From Mytilus trossulus (taxonomy: Eukaryota): a DNA stretch of 64,000 nt. The DNA is taken from contig NC_086373.1 in assembly GCF_036588685.1 (NCBI RefSeq), positions 34,410,001 through 34,474,000 of the forward strand. The letters run 5' to 3'. Below, in pieces: positions 36,001 to 50,134 of this stretch (positions are counted from its first letter, which is position 1; each line of letters starts with the position of its first letter). Made by a program: the position numbers and the translations under genes. Under the pieces are notes generated by a model that was given only the letters and a program-made list of their open reading frames with translations, was not told the origin of the DNA and ran no database searches.

Positions 36001-39000
36001 CGACCTCGTTGAATCCGTATTCATGTGACCTTCAATATAACCCCTTAGATAGAGATGGATAACACACGAATTGATCGTGTTGAGTTATCTAAAGAGAAAG
36101 AATGTCAACATTGAAAGTTAAATGAAGGTAAATTAATTGATGGACTAATTCGATCCACAAACATATATTTTTAATCTATAATATGAAATTAAACAGACCT
36201 ACAAAGATGCAATTGCCCTAGTTCGCGGTCTATTTATATCTTTATTTGTGTTTATATAGTTTCTTTAACCAGTGGAGATCGACAGAGTTCAACTCGACAG
36301 TTAATTAGATGGCGTCTATACTAAAATACACACGAAACGAAGCAACATATTATCGAGCTCGTGCCCTGTAAATTGTTTATTTTACACCTTGTATACTTTG
36401 AATAAATGATTTACATTGTTATAAATCGAATTTGAGTGAAATAAGTGAATTTGAATTTGACATCTTTAACATACAAATTACATAAATAATAATCCAGTTA
36501 TGTCTTCAATTTAAAAACAATATGTAAATAACATTGAAATGCAATTAAACGTTCTTGAAGCAGCTTTTCTCAAAACTAATCCATAGATTTTCTGACAAAA
36601 TTAACAATTGGTTTTATATAAATTTAGTGGGCCCAGTTGTTTTCTTAATGAATTAGCATGAAAGCATGAATTTACTAATACACGAAGGACATTTCTTGAT
36701 ATGTATTCGACAATGATTCTTAAGTTTTCATCTACAGTTATACTTTCATAATAAAATGCAGTTTCTTACAACTTTTGGATTTAAGAAGTCAAAGAAATGA
36801 GGAGATATTTTATATCAGGATTGTGTAAAAAAATGCATAGTATATCAATATTTAAAAAAAAATTAGTTTATAAGCCTGACCGTTGATGCAGCTGTTGTTA
36901 CTTAGTCGGTAATTTGGATGGTTATGTATATTTTAGTCTTATCGCTGTTTTTCTTTCTGGCCAGAAATGTATGTTTCATTCGACTTTCAAATTTTAAGTG
37001 TTCTCTTTGTGTCTTCAACATTTTCTAAAAAATCTCAATACAAATTCAAAGAAGTTAGTTCGCTAAAGTTTCATTTGCACGAATATAACAAATTAAATAT
37101 ATATGCAGTGGTAAGATACTGCAAATTCAATCCACCTTCACGAAAGACGCGACTTCAATAATGAACTTTGATTAAAGTTCATTTGTCTTAAATCGACGGA
37201 CATTTTCCTTGCAAAAATAGAAGATCACAATATATATAACAAGACAGCAACGCCAGTAACAATGGGTGACCTTATATGCTTTTGAAGAGTAAGTACTTTG
37301 CTTATTTCGGAAGCATATTCAACTATGGCAATGCTATATTAACACAGATATTGTCTTGTAATTTTTGCAAATGCTAAGAATAGGAGAGGGGATGTTTGTT
37401 ACAAAATATATCCTAATGATAGGAAATTTCAAAATTAACCACAAAAATTGCACTATTCGAATCAGTGATTTTGCATCAATATTTGTAGCATTTGTTGTTA
37501 CTTGGTTGATTTTCTTGCATAGTGTAAGAATACTTTACTGGTAAAAAGTAAATTAAATCACAAAAATAACGAACTTAGAGGAATTTCAATTCGGAAAGTC
37601 CATAATCACATGGCAAAATCAAATAACAAAACGCATAAAAAACGAATGGACAAGAACTGTCATATTCCTGACAGTACATGCATTTTCAAGTGTAGAAAAT
37701 GGTGGATTAAACCTGGTTCTATAGCGCTAACCCTCTCACTTTAATGACAGTCTCATCATATTCCGTTATAATTACATTGATGCAGAACACAAAAACATCT
37801 ACTATCTACGAACAAATTAGCCTGACATGTTTTATTTTGATAAAGAAGCTGCAAAGTAACGATACGTCATAAGTCAACTTTGGTCATTTAACAAAAGTGT
37901 CAAAAACCTTATCAGAAAAACATCATTACAGTCATTATACATTCGCTAATGTCCCTTATACATTTACATCATATCGTAACGACCAATTTACTCTGTACAT
38001 ACAAAGACATATACTTTTATTAAAACCTTATTCAGTGTTATTCAAATCGATATTTCACAGCAATGCTTGTTATACAAAGATCCAATTTCAGATTCGAATG
38101 TCATGAAAGATCCGGACAAAGTTTTAAATGAGCGTTGCATACGTTTTAAGTCAGTATCTATTAGGACCACACTGTATGTCATCTTTTTGACATGGAACGA
38201 ATCAAATTTGTTTTTTACAATCCATTTATGTAAAATTTTGCGTTGACGGACTTGACTAGTTTCACTAAGTCAAGACTGTCATCTCACCACATCGACGAAC
38301 ACGTGCAGGTTTGTGTCACAACTAGTCCAACGCTGTGTCTTCGTCGTCGAATTTTGTGTTGGAAAATCCTGTAACGCAGTGTCTGTGCGGAAATTCTTCG
38401 TAACCTTTGTGTACTAGCATCAGTGGTTGTAGCAATTAATGCTCATAATCAGTCAAGAAGAAAGAACAATGGGATACATCGATCTTAAACGGAATAACAG
38501 GAGCATTGCCCAACACTTCTAAGGCGACATTGATTTCATTAATTTCTTTTATTGTCAAAGGCGTGAAATTGTTCACAGTCAACGCTGAAATGTCAGAAGA
38601 CTTCACATCTTATAATATCAAGTCTGAAGACGACCGATGAGTTTGATACTTGTAGTAAGGCCAAATCTTGTCATAGCGTCTTTTCACATTTGTAATGACA
38701 ATCACCTGTATAGCATCCTATTTTTATACGCAATAGATTCATACTAGAAAAACGCAAAAGATTCAGACTAGAAAAAAACATGAATAGTTTGTCAGCAGGG
38801 TAATGATTCAATCTTTATTTTTTAGGTCTTCAAAAATACACTGGGGGAAATACTCATACAGGCATTTTGTAATTTAAAAGACACCATTGATTAGATATTT
38901 AACAATTTAACGTTTATTATGTATGGTCAATTTTATTTTTAAAAATAAATTGACCAATGCGTTTCTATTTTTGCAGAGTGCTAGTATACCATTCTGGTTT

Positions 39001-42000
39001 TTTTTTACTGTTTATGTAAACACTGATTGTATCTAATAGAAAATAAAGTTTGCTATCATATCAAAATGCAGGACCGCTTGTTGTAAGTTCAGCTTTTTGC
39101 TCTGTGCGTACATTAAAAGACAATTGCTATAAAGAAGAATATCAAATACAAAGTAGTTTTACTTCAAATTATTTGAATATTGAACTTTCGCTTAAACAAT
39201 GTAACCTTTGAAATCAATATCATAGTATTTGTTATATTAATAATGCGTTTACGTTGTCAAAATATATGTTTGACTTATTATACACCATTTAAGTGAATCT
39301 ACAATTGAGCATAATTTCAGAGTACCGTGTTAATAAATTATGTGCGCAACTTACCAATGGTCACGGGGTTGAAATATAGATCATAAGATTTATATATGTA
39401 ATTATAAAACATTTTGTTTCAAAAGATTTTTCTTTCTTTGTAAAGACCGGTTTTAATGCAGTACAAAGGTTGAATACATGTTTTTGTTACCTTTACAGAG
39501 ACAAATAAAACAGTTAACCCCGGTTTTTATGCAGTCGACTAAAGTTGAATAAATGTTTTGTTAAGCATTTAGAGAGTAAAGATCGTGTTTAAATAAGATT
39601 ACTAACCCCTGATATTAATGTATTGTCGACGACGACCAAAAATGTAGTATCATATATATGCGATAGTCGTCATTAAGATATTGTATCTATTTATTCATTT
39701 TTTTCATATTGAATGTGATGATGCTCAATGACAAAGGGTACATAAAAAAGAAGATGTGGTATGATTGCCAATGAGCCAACTATCCAAAAAAGACCAAAAT
39801 GACAAAAAACATTAACAATTATAGGTCACCGTACGGCCTTCAACAATGAGCAAAGCCCATACCGCATATAGTCAGCGATAAAAGGCCCCGATAAGACAAT
39901 GTAAAACAATTCAAACGAGAAAACTAACGGCCTTATTTATGTAAAAAAATGAACGAAAAACAAATATGTAATACATAAACAAACGACACTAGATTATCAA
40001 GATCAATTTACTGTATATGTACCACGTCATAGTTTTAGACTTGGACATGCTGAAATCATCAGAAAATTAAAAAAAAAAAAAAAAAAAAAACTTTATTTTT
40101 CTCATTTTTTAAATGACTGAAAGAAGACTCGTTATGTAGATGAACACTAAGAAGAATGTAAAAAAAGATAAGTAAACATTTTACAGTACCTATTTTCCAA
40201 GCTGATCTAATGATTTATCTGATAATTTTAAATGTTGAATTATAATAAATTTCCATTTCAATGACGTTAAGTATTTATAGACAATTACAGTTCGCCTTAT
40301 TATTAAGTTTGTTATTGTAGTAATTATCAATATATTCCATTTTATAGTTGATTTTTATCTTTCTGAAACACTTACACTTAACACTGCATGTACTCCATAA
40401 TATATATCAGAATTTCGTGTGTATTTTAGTCTAGATGCAATCTCATTAACTTGGGAGATGACCAAAAGAGGCGGCAGATTGTCATATAACCCGATATAAA
40501 CACGAACCTAATTATGAATAAATAGGGACCTCGTGCAATTGGTTTTTTTCGTGGTCTGTTTGGTTTTATGTTATATGTTAAATAAAAAGATAAGTATAGA
40601 TTTTACCTGTATAAGACTGATTTTTTTGTGGATCGAATCAGTCAAAGAAATGGTTCATCTTTGTTTCACTTTCAATATTGACATTCTTTTCCTTTTAATG
40701 ACTGACCACGACTACTACATGCGTAGGCAATCTTTAGCTTTTATTATTCACTTGCAAGTGAATGATTCATCAACAACGTTTCTTGAATCAAATTGGTTGC
40801 GAAAAACGATTTTTTATTTCATCATTTCACTTATATTAATGATTGAATCAAACACAATCATATTCTATTTTTTCATATCTTGTAGCTAGTGCCCCTTTAA
40901 CTTATATGGTTGTTTTTTTGAAATTTTGCGAAACATGCATAATTCGATTAGTGTTGACCTTGTGTACCAAGTTAATGACCTATAACAGTTAAGCTATATC
41001 ATTGGGTAAATTGGCAACAACACACCCGTTTGAATAGATAACGCAGATCTCATCAAACTATTGGTATCAATAAGTAAATGGAATACTAGTATAAGGAAAG
41101 GATTTTGCAGTTGGATATAATTATCTTTATTTTTTCAAATATTTTTTTTAAAGGCATCAGTAGTTTAACGTTATTAAAATCTCATAAACAGCAGTGATAA
41201 GTTCAAAATACAAATACCGCCTCGACATGTTGCAAGAAGAAGAACTATAAAAGTAGATCGCTGCGATATAATCTTTTTGTGCTAACACGGAGTAAGGCAA
41301 ATATCAATCAATCAATCAATCAATCTGTATACGTAGCTCTCACTCATTTGGCTTACGTTATTACCTGTGAATCTCGTATCAAAGGTACGTGATTAAACCC
41401 AACTGTGAAATAGCAACTATACCTATATACACTTACGGTTCAAATCGTTGATGCAACCTAAGTCGCAAAAACATGCATTTATATTTAAATAAAACAACAA
41501 AGGGATTAAAGTGTTCTTTAAAGTTATGTTTACGTCTTCCTGAATCATTTAATTATGGAAAATCAAGGTTGTCTTGCTTCAGTGCAGACTAGTAGATTTT
41601 GAAAATCCGAAATTTCAAACACTTTCGAAAACAAGTGCATACAGACAAATTATCAACCCAACTATGGGCTAGACAACCGTAATCGGTGGTATGTCTTATT
41701 ACTGTGAACTCATTCATAGGTAGTACGAGTATGATTTGACAAAGTAAAAGGAGTGAGGTGGTCTTTGATACTGTTTACTCTGGGGCTATGATACATGTAT
41801 TTATTAAATCTATTTGTAGTCTTTTTTTATCAACCAAATAGTCCCAGTTGTCTCGTATATTGCTGCATTGAAGTTGCATACTTTTTATATTTACATATGC
41901 TCATGTATTACGGATTATTTTATTAAGGACATTGATTTTGAATGGCAAATTGAAAAGTATTTAAAACTTTCTAATATTCGAATATTAAGAATCTATACAA

Positions 42001-43053
42001 TAATCTTCCAAAAAAATTATTAACAATTTTACATATTTCGATTATATAATAATGTTTGAGTGCTACGTATAAATATTACTAATGTTCCTAAAATTGCAAA
42101 TTTCGCGGTTTCATAATATTTTACACCGAAGGGTGTTCCTTGTAACTATGAATTAATTCAAGCAGTTATAATTTGGTCAAATGTTAGAAAATACATCAAC
42201 ATTTTGTTCACAACTTTTATATATACGATTATGTGAAGGCTAGAAAAGATATAAGGATTTTTAGAACATGGCCAAGGTGTGAAATTTATCAAATTACCTC
42301 TCTGAATTGAAGATCAAATTAAACATAAATATGATCTAATAGTTAACGTGTAGCAAATGAGAAAATTCCGTTAATTGTTTATTCAAAAACCATTCAAATT
42401 TAATACAATAACTATTTCAGCTGTTTAGACGATAGTTTGCATTTACATATTAAGTTTGCTTCTTAATTTCTGTTGTTAGTAACCACACAGCATATTTATG
42501 TTCATTTTTTTTTTAAAGTAAAATGATATCAAATTTGTAGTCTAACAAATTGTAGTTAAATACCTATCTAAAATCATAAAAAATGCATTTTCCTATTATT
42601 TCAAAAATGAATATGATAAACATAAAAACATTCTATAACTATATGCTAATCCAAATATGCAAAATTAAATTAATAACGTTACAGAAAAAAAAAACGTGAT
42701 AAAAAGTTATTGTTTCTAAAAAAAAATTGGTATTATTCAACTGTTTAATGTGGGAAATTCATATGTCATAATTAAAATACTTATTTGCTTCCCGTGCTTG
42801 TTTAATTAAAAATCTATAAATTATACTGATCAAAATATGCATACTGTAAGATACATCGTTTGTTGAAGAAATGTTAGTAAAAAGAAAGAAAATAATAATG
42901 GTAACAGAAAAAAGTGATTGTTTCTACATAAAAAAAAAAGAAATTTTGCATTAGTCAACTGTGGGAAAAGTATATCTCATTATTAAAAGACTTACTTGCT
43001 CCTAATGCTTGTGTAATTAAAATAAGAAGAAAAAATAAATTTTGTAGTTCCAT
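27052..43053 (-). CDS. Alpha-carbonic anhydrase, secreted and probably GPI-anchored (CA4-like topology), 8 exons, 302 aa
   Basis: Exons (- strand): 43053-42996 (signal peptide [19 protein letters not shown]), 32332-32306, 32052-31897 (QSPINI, NNGHT), 31503-31352 ([15 protein letters not shown]), 30976-30884 ([16 protein letters not shown]), 29960-29894, 28101-27938 ([20 protein letters not shown]), 27243-27052 ([11 protein letters not shown], hydrophobic tail). Total 909 nt, all GT-AG and in phase. Three Zn-ligand His present. Exon 1 is the least certain because of the 10.7-kb intron. Confidence 0.93.
28380..29265. mobile_element. Decayed retrozyme copies in a CA intron (- strand at about 28380-28870, + strand at about 28940-29265)
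   Basis: Eroded hammerheads at about 28805-28850 (-) and 29172-29215 (+, ctggtgagtcttttgttgactaaac). Body segments match 21600-21830. Confidence 0.6.
33460..33670 (+). mobile_element. SINE 3' half
   Basis: Near-identical to 45750-45940, 62700-62870 and the reverse complement of 39742-39940. Confidence 0.8.
33716..33759 (-). ncRNA. Minimal type I hammerhead ribozyme, intact consensus
   Basis: - strand: gcgtca CTGATGA gtct-tatgt-agac GAAA c-gcgc-g TC tggcgt. Stem I 6 bp, stem II 4 bp, 1-bp stem III with a palindromic loop. Confidence 0.9.
35828..36350 (+). mobile_element. TTAA-flanked DNA-element end (Kolobok-like)
   Basis: TTAA|AGGAACAATAGCTACGAG start; homologous over about 500 bp to the reverse complement of 40395-40896. 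Confidence 0.55.
37545..37785 (-). mobile_element. SINE-like repeat (aaaagtaaaatcacaaaaatactgaac family)
   Basis: Copies at about 58500-58740, 28190-28330 (opposite strand) and 29505-29610. Confidence 0.7.
39742..39988 (-). mobile_element. SINE 3' half
   Basis: Reverse complement of 45695-45940. Confidence 0.8.
40395..40896 (-). mobile_element. TTAA-flanked DNA-element end (Kolobok-like)
   Basis: Ends AGCTAGTGCCCCT|TTAA (TTAA at 40897-40900); inverted homolog of 35828-36350. Confidence 0.55.
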
Positions 43054-43106
43054 TTTCTTAAAAGTATTCCGAAGTGAATTTTGGTAGTATTCGATCAATT
43101 ACAATT

Positions 43107-43114
43107 TTTATATA
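43107..43114 (-). promoter_or_regulatory. Candidate TATA box of the carbonic anhydrase gene
   Basis: TATATAAA on the - strand about 55 bp upstream of the ATG at 43053. Confidence 0.5.
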
Positions 43115-43991
43115 TCACACAGATATAAGTGTAATTGTCAGCGGCACCAGCAATAATCGACCAGTGATTACCACGGTTTAAAATCCTACGTTATATATAC
43201 TAGTGAAGTTTCCCAAGGCTGTTACGCCTAATGGTTTTGGGTTCAAACGAATATGTGACCCACTATGTGGGTTTAACCCGATACTGGACACAATACCAAA
43301 CGTTTGTATCATATTTTCTATACGACTTTAAAAAAACAATGGCGATTATTTTGACCGCGACAAATTTAATATTGTAAATATATACCTTTAGTTTTGGTTG
43401 ATACTTAAAATCTATAAGAAGGCTGAAAATGTCAACGTTGAAATTTTTTCGTATCTGATTTGATTAATAAGTACTAATACTTATTAGATCGTAGATTTGG
43501 AAGTTTTTAAAGACATATATGTATATGTTAATGACACATCATGATATATAGTTTTATTTTAGTACCTTTAATTTACATCGCATTCGAACCATATAAGTTG
43601 TCCTTTTAGTATATACCACACATATTTTATTCATTTCAATAAACTATTCAACTATTAAATCTGTTAAATGAATTAAAGAAGATGACGGGTACAGAACTGG
43701 CTTTAAACAAAGGAAAAGCGAAACATGTTTTGAGGTCTTCATATTGTAAGTAACTAACAATCCGCCATTCCCTTTATGCCATAGAAGTTAGTGACGTTAT
43801 CCAATCAAAATGGACGTTCACAAACGATGTTGCATTAGAATAACAGTTATATCAAGTAGAGTATCGAGCGCTTTGGTTTTTTTTATACATTACTTTTAGA
43901 TTATTGTCACGGATAGCACGTACAGTCATAGCTGTATGTTTTCATGCGGAAATAAAATCTGACGTTAGAGTGCCTTGCGATTGTTGTCAAC

Positions 43992-44210
43992 ATGACGTGT
44001 GGAGCAGGATCTGCTTCCCCTTCCGGAGCACCTGAGAGCATCCCCAGGTTTAGTTGGGTTCGTGTTGCTTGGTCTAGTTTTCTATGTTGTGTTTTGTGTA
44101 CTATTGTTCGTCTGTTGGTCTCTTTCTTTTTTAGGCATGGCGTTGTCAGTTTATTTTTGACTTATGCGTTTGAATGTCCCTCTTGTTTCTGTCACCTCTC
44201 TTTTGTCATT
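43992..44210 (+). mobile_element. 3' tail fragment of a non-LTR/Penelope-type retroelement family
   Basis: tgtggagcaggatctgcttccccttccggagcacctgaga... recurs at about 24890-25050 (+), 22010-22060 (-) and 30130-30270 (-). Confidence 0.55.
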
Positions 44211-45564
44211 TAATCATATTTGATTTTGCATGTCCTCTACAAAGACGCTATTGATTGTGTGTTGCATCAAACAGTTATAAGGTTTATTTTAGAAGATTGA
44301 ATGTTTAATAACAATACAAGATATAAGAGAACTCTTGAACCGACACACATAATAAATTATAGACATGTATATTATATACAGTGCATGAAGAAAAAAAATG
44401 CACAACATAAGACATTTAATAGTTAACACATTTACAGTTGTGAACGTAAAAATATCTAGTCATGCATGTAAGCATATAGAATTAAGTTATGCAGGCACAC
44501 AATAAAGCGGAACTATTTAAACTTAAAATATGCAAAACTCCAAAAACAGAATATTTGCAAAAAAGTAAGGAATTTTTGCTTTTTATGTACGCCGAAGCAG
44601 TATTAATTTATTGATGAAAGTTAGACTAGAGAGAAAATATTGATTCACTACAAAGATTACCTCTTTTATGTTGAAGTCACATAACTAAATTTGTGCCTCG
44701 AAACCTTTTTGTATAAGGTTTTCGACTGTTTTTTATTCAAACAATGTACTTGCAAAACCGAATTTGGTGACCTCTATAGATTTGACATTTATCACAAAAA
44801 AAAGTGAAATTGAAGTGCAATAAAATCACGGTTTAACAAAAATTGTTAAACGGGTTATCGAGGTAATTCAATTTGAGGAGGATGTTGGTATAAATATAAA
44901 TTGATAGAAAACGTCGAAAACGTCAGTTTTCAATGCACAATGTAGTTAAAACCACATGCGTACTGATGCTTTTTCTGACTTTTTTTGTCTCGCCTTGACG
45001 AAGTTGCGGATGCAAGACTAGGGCGTACTGTTTCTGTTATGTGGCTTTCTTTGTTTACTTATGTATTCATTTAGATTAAGTTGTTGGCTCAGATTTTTTT
45101 AACGGCCCAGAAAACAAGTTACTGGTTGCACGAAATGTAACAAACCTCATAAAAGTTAATCGATCAAACACTGCATGAATAATATTTGAACGAACTTTTT
45201 GTACGCAATTTTTTTTTATGTACACTGACGCATGAAATAATCTACTAAAATATATAAAGAAAGATTAATCCCTCAGAATTAGTTTCTATAGATAAAATAT
45301 CACCTTTTACTGCTAACAAATAAACGATGTAATATTTGTCATGTAAAAAGTATGAACATAGCAAATTTGAACTCCATACAAATAATATTGCATATAGGAA
45401 ATTAAAATACTGCTGCTTTCTTGAAAAGAACACTAGCTGTAAATATGCTCTCTCTAAATTGAAATATAAAAACCATTTCTCAAGCAATAAAGATATAAAG
45501 AGATGATCCCCATAAAAAAAATTTTCCACCCGTGATCAGAGAATGAGAACGTAAACAACTATAT

Positions 45565-45940
45565 ATGTCTCACCGTGCGGTTTCAACACTGATGAGCAAA
45601 CTCTTGGGGGAGGGTTGGGATCCAGCTTACATGTTTAACCCCACCACATTATTTATGTATGTGCCTGTCCCAAGTCAGGAGCCTGTAATTCAGTGGTTGT
45701 CGTTTGTTTATGTTTTACATATTTGTTTTTCGTTCATTTCTTTACTTAAATAAGGCCGTTAGTTTTCTCGTTTGAATTGTTTTACATTGTCTTATCCAGG
45801 CCTTTTATAGCTGACTTTGTGGTATGGGCTTTGCTCATTGTTGAAGGCCGTACGGTGACCTATAGTTGTTAATGTTTGTGTCATTTTGGTCTTTTGTAGA
45901 TAGTTGTCTCATTGGCAATCATACCACATCTTCTTTTTTT
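45565..45940 (+). mobile_element. Near full-length SINE (central tgtgcctgtcccaagtcaggagcc domain)
   Basis: Longest copy of the most abundant repeat in the window; an inverted, diverged copy follows at about 46140-46445. Confidence 0.8.
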
Positions 45941-48125
45941 ATAGTTTACGTTTTAAAGGACCCAACGATTTAAGTTTGTGCCAAACATATAATATTTGTT
46001 AACGTATAAATATAAGTCAAACCAAAAATCTACCCGTCTTCTTTCGTTGATATATTTTGAGAAAACAAAATCCATACATAGAAGTTCTTAGTATTTACAG
46101 ATACGAATTTTGAATCCTTGTTACAATTGCAATGATAACATAAAAATAAAAAAGATGAGGTATTATTGCCAATAAGAAAACTGTCCACAAACGATCGAAT
46201 TATACAGAAACTAACAGCTATAGGCCACCCTATGGCCTTCAACAATGAACAAAGCCCATGTCGGATATTCAGCTATAATATTACCCACAACAAAACATGT
46301 AAAACAATTCAAACGGAAGTACTAACGGCCTAATTAATGAACAAAATAATAAACGAAAAATAATAAGTTACACAGCAACAAACGACAACCACTGAAATAC
46401 AGGCTCCTGTCTTGGAATAAGCACTTACAGAATGTGGCGTGGTAAATGTAGATAATAAGATGCAATATGAGTTCCAATGAGACACCTATTCATTCAAAGT
46501 CACATAGAATAAAAGTATACAGCTAAAGGTCAAAGTACTACCTTCAACACAGAGCCTTGTTTGAAGAAGCAAGCCCTCGCCATTATCTGGGACAGTGATG
46601 TAACAGTGCATCATAGGAACAAGCTATATGTTGCACTTTGGAAGTACAGCTGTTTCACATACTACGCCTCTTTTGGAGAGATACAAAACATTCATAGATA
46701 TTTTGTTTTGTTAACCTTCTGGTCCCCAAATATGATTTTTTATGTTTCATTTCGTGGACAAAACTTGGAAATTTTGCCAGTATAAATATACACGGGTAGC
46801 GTGCAAATTGAAATTTAGTGACGACTCAAAGTGAAGGGATTTTAGTATAAGTTTAAACTCTTACAAGTTGAGGTCATATAAATGTTGAAACTTTACCACA
46901 CAGCCTAATAGTTTGACCTTTGAAGAAATAGATAGTAGTGTATATGAGCTTTTCATACTAGGATATTTCATTTTACGAAACTTCATAGTAAACTGCATTT
47001 TCTATATAAACAGAATTGCAATTAACAAAAGTCAGTTGAAAAACCCCCAACTCATCAAATGGATACAAATGTTTATTTTTAAATATATTTGCTTAAGCAA
47101 ATAAACATCATTTGATCTGAAAGAATTTAAATATTTTTTCATAATAGGGCTTAAAGATTATTCTACTTATCCTACTTACGATAGATTTTTTATATGGGTT
47201 CCGATATTCCGACTGTTCACATACGTATGAACTCTTGGCTTAACTTTTTGAAACAAATACTTGTGCTGTTTGATCGCAAAAAAATGATAATGAATCTTCA
47301 ATCTATCATATAAATATTTCTTAACTGGGAGATTAGAAAACAAGCTACGTTCATTGCACTTGACACTTCAATAATATTTTTATGAAGTAAATAAAAAAAA
47401 ATGGATATATATCAGAAAATAGACTTTTCGATGAAAATAGAAAATTTAGATGCTATTGAAAATAAATATAAGAAAACAAATCCCAGAGTTATATCTGCAA
47501 TAAATACAGAATGTGAGGTTAAACATCAAAGCGTACACCCCCCCTCCCCTTTAAGCCTGGGACAGTGGTGTAACTGTACAGCATAAAAACAAACAATGAA
47601 GATCAATTGAAAAAGGCTTTATACAACAGATTGATATAAATAGAAATACATCTATTATAAAACACAAAATGGACGTGGACGGGTACTTGTTCATCCCAAA
47701 ATCAAAAAGACACTAAGTACAGATCTGAGAGTACTCCCAGTAACTGACAACTAGTTCATAGCATAATAACAACTGCTAAACAAAAAACCTGCATTAAGAC
47801 TTAATTATCAAAAGGCACTATATAAATTCTCATTCTCATATATAAATGTTACATTATCATATATAAAAATAAAGAGTCGATATCTTATAAAACGTTGATG
47901 ATCCTTTGGGCTGTGATCACGTTTGACTGGAAACACATACATGTTATAACTATATGTAAAAAGGAAGATACTTTCAATGGGTCATCTATTTGTCAATGAT
48001 CTGCTAAGTAAAATAAAAAATAGTCAACCTGCATTTTATTAATAAGCTCCCTCACATAGTTAATGACAGACCCTCGGCTGCAAAAGAGGCTGATAAAATG
48101 GAGAGCAGATCGATTACACATATTT

Positions 48126-48249
48126 CAGGGGCGTATCGAGCCATTTTTAAAATGTGGAGGGGGGTCCAACTATGTGTCCCGAATCAAATGCATGGATCGT
48201 AAAACAAGTGGGGTTCCAACCCACGGAACCCCCTCGTGATCCGCCTCTA
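48126..48249. mobile_element. MITE of family A, uninterrupted
   Basis: CAGGGGCGTATC...GATCCGCCTCTA with TSD TATTT (48121-48125 and 48250-48254). Colinear with the two halves of 9284-12340. Confidence 0.8.
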
Positions 48250-50134
48250 TATTTATCTTAATGAGATATACATGTGATCTCATTAGCAGAAATGATATAT
48301 GGAGTCAAGGTTGAAGCGCAGACAAAAACTTATACCAATATAATCATTTAATTAATAGTTAAAATATTTCTTTTGAAATTATTTACAAATATAATTTTGA
48401 ATAAGTTCAAAATTGAATACAAAAGTGATTATATTAACCTGTAATAATTTATCATGGATTTGTATCTTGATCTAGTTTGTTAGACAAAATTACGACAAGT
48501 GTGAATTTGAAATTAAAAACGGCATGCAACTATGCGGCAAATTTGAACTTTATTTTAAAGAATTATACAAAGTCAATTTTTTTTCGGAGCAATTTTTTGT
48601 TTACTTTTTGAAATCTATTTATTTGGGTATACAGGATTTTTGAAAAAAATAAACTTTCTATACATTATGAATTTTAATATTTCATTTAATATACAATGTC
48701 ATGTAAATACATCAGGGTGTTTGTTTGAATTTCTTGCTTAAGTTGAAATACTAATTTTCCTTTTTCAGAATTTGAAAGAAATTTTGCTCAAAAGGTGCAT
48801 TTATAAGTGTTTGCATACAATGGTTTTATTGAGAAAATATATCTTTATTTGAAAAGTTTTTCTTTTTGAAACCGATATGTTTAAATATTGTTTAATAAAT
48901 AATTTGAAGACGAATAAAAGAACTATATACCGGTAGATCGTAAAACCTCATTTTAGTTTCGATATGCAAATGAATAAGTAATTGAAAGAAGACCGAGCCA
49001 AACCCAAATTCAATTATAAAATGCATGACTCTGTTATGAAGAAAGTAACTTAATAAATTACAGATGACGTAATTCATTATTTGAAGACACATAACTATTT
49101 AAAAAGCATTAACCTGCATGTCTGTATATTGCATATTTCATTTCTGTGCAGTTTTATTAAATTTAACGACTTTGAAATGTTTAGAAATATTAGTTCATTT
49201 TCTTTGAGGATGATATACTAATGTAGAGTTAAAAGCTTACATGTATGCATCATTGTTTCCTCAAGTCGTAAGTCTTCTCATGACCTTTACGATATGCACG
49301 TCTGTAACATTATAAAGCAAGCAGAAAATCTACACAATACCTGAATTCGAAATATAGTTACTAATAAAGTCACTGTTAAACTTGCATCATATATATACAT
49401 GTATATACATATACATTGTTCATGCGCCAGTCCAACGAGTGACAACTCTATGGCAGATCCATCATTTGGATCACCAGTGAAAGAAGCACACGCCTGAAAC
49501 ACATGTTATATTTATAATTATCATATACTTAGACTAAATAACATATGATTTTTACTGTATGATAATACCATTAAGTTAACGTAAATTCCATATTTTTCGA
49601 ATTGGTCCTTAGCGGGCTGATATGAAAAGTTTATCACGTGGTTAGATTGTTGTCACATGCCTTTCCGTAACGTTATCGCATGGCATTCCGGTGATACTCG
49701 GCAAATTCCGGAAAATACACCTCAATTCTACGTTTTCTGTGAAAACCATTACAAAGTAGTGTACAAAGCAATCATTTGGATACTGGAAAGTATATTTTGT
49801 GAAATAATAATAAAAAGATTTTTTTTTAAAAATAAATGCATTGTTTAAAGGTTTCAAACATAATTTAGAAAGTTACTTAAAAAGTTACCAAACAGTCTTC
49901 ATTATGTGTATTGTTAATTTTTGTTTGTTTTTTGTCAATTCGTCCATATTAAAATGTGTTTCTTCTCTGTTGATGCAAATGATAGAAAAATTTCATATCG
50001 AATGTACTAAATTTGGGGTCCAACGTCCGTGAACTTTTCAATCTTTGAACTTCTATTACAGAACCACGTAAAAGGATCAATATACGAATCAGTTATTTTT
50101 CTCCATTGTTGAAGCATATGATAAAAAGATCATA

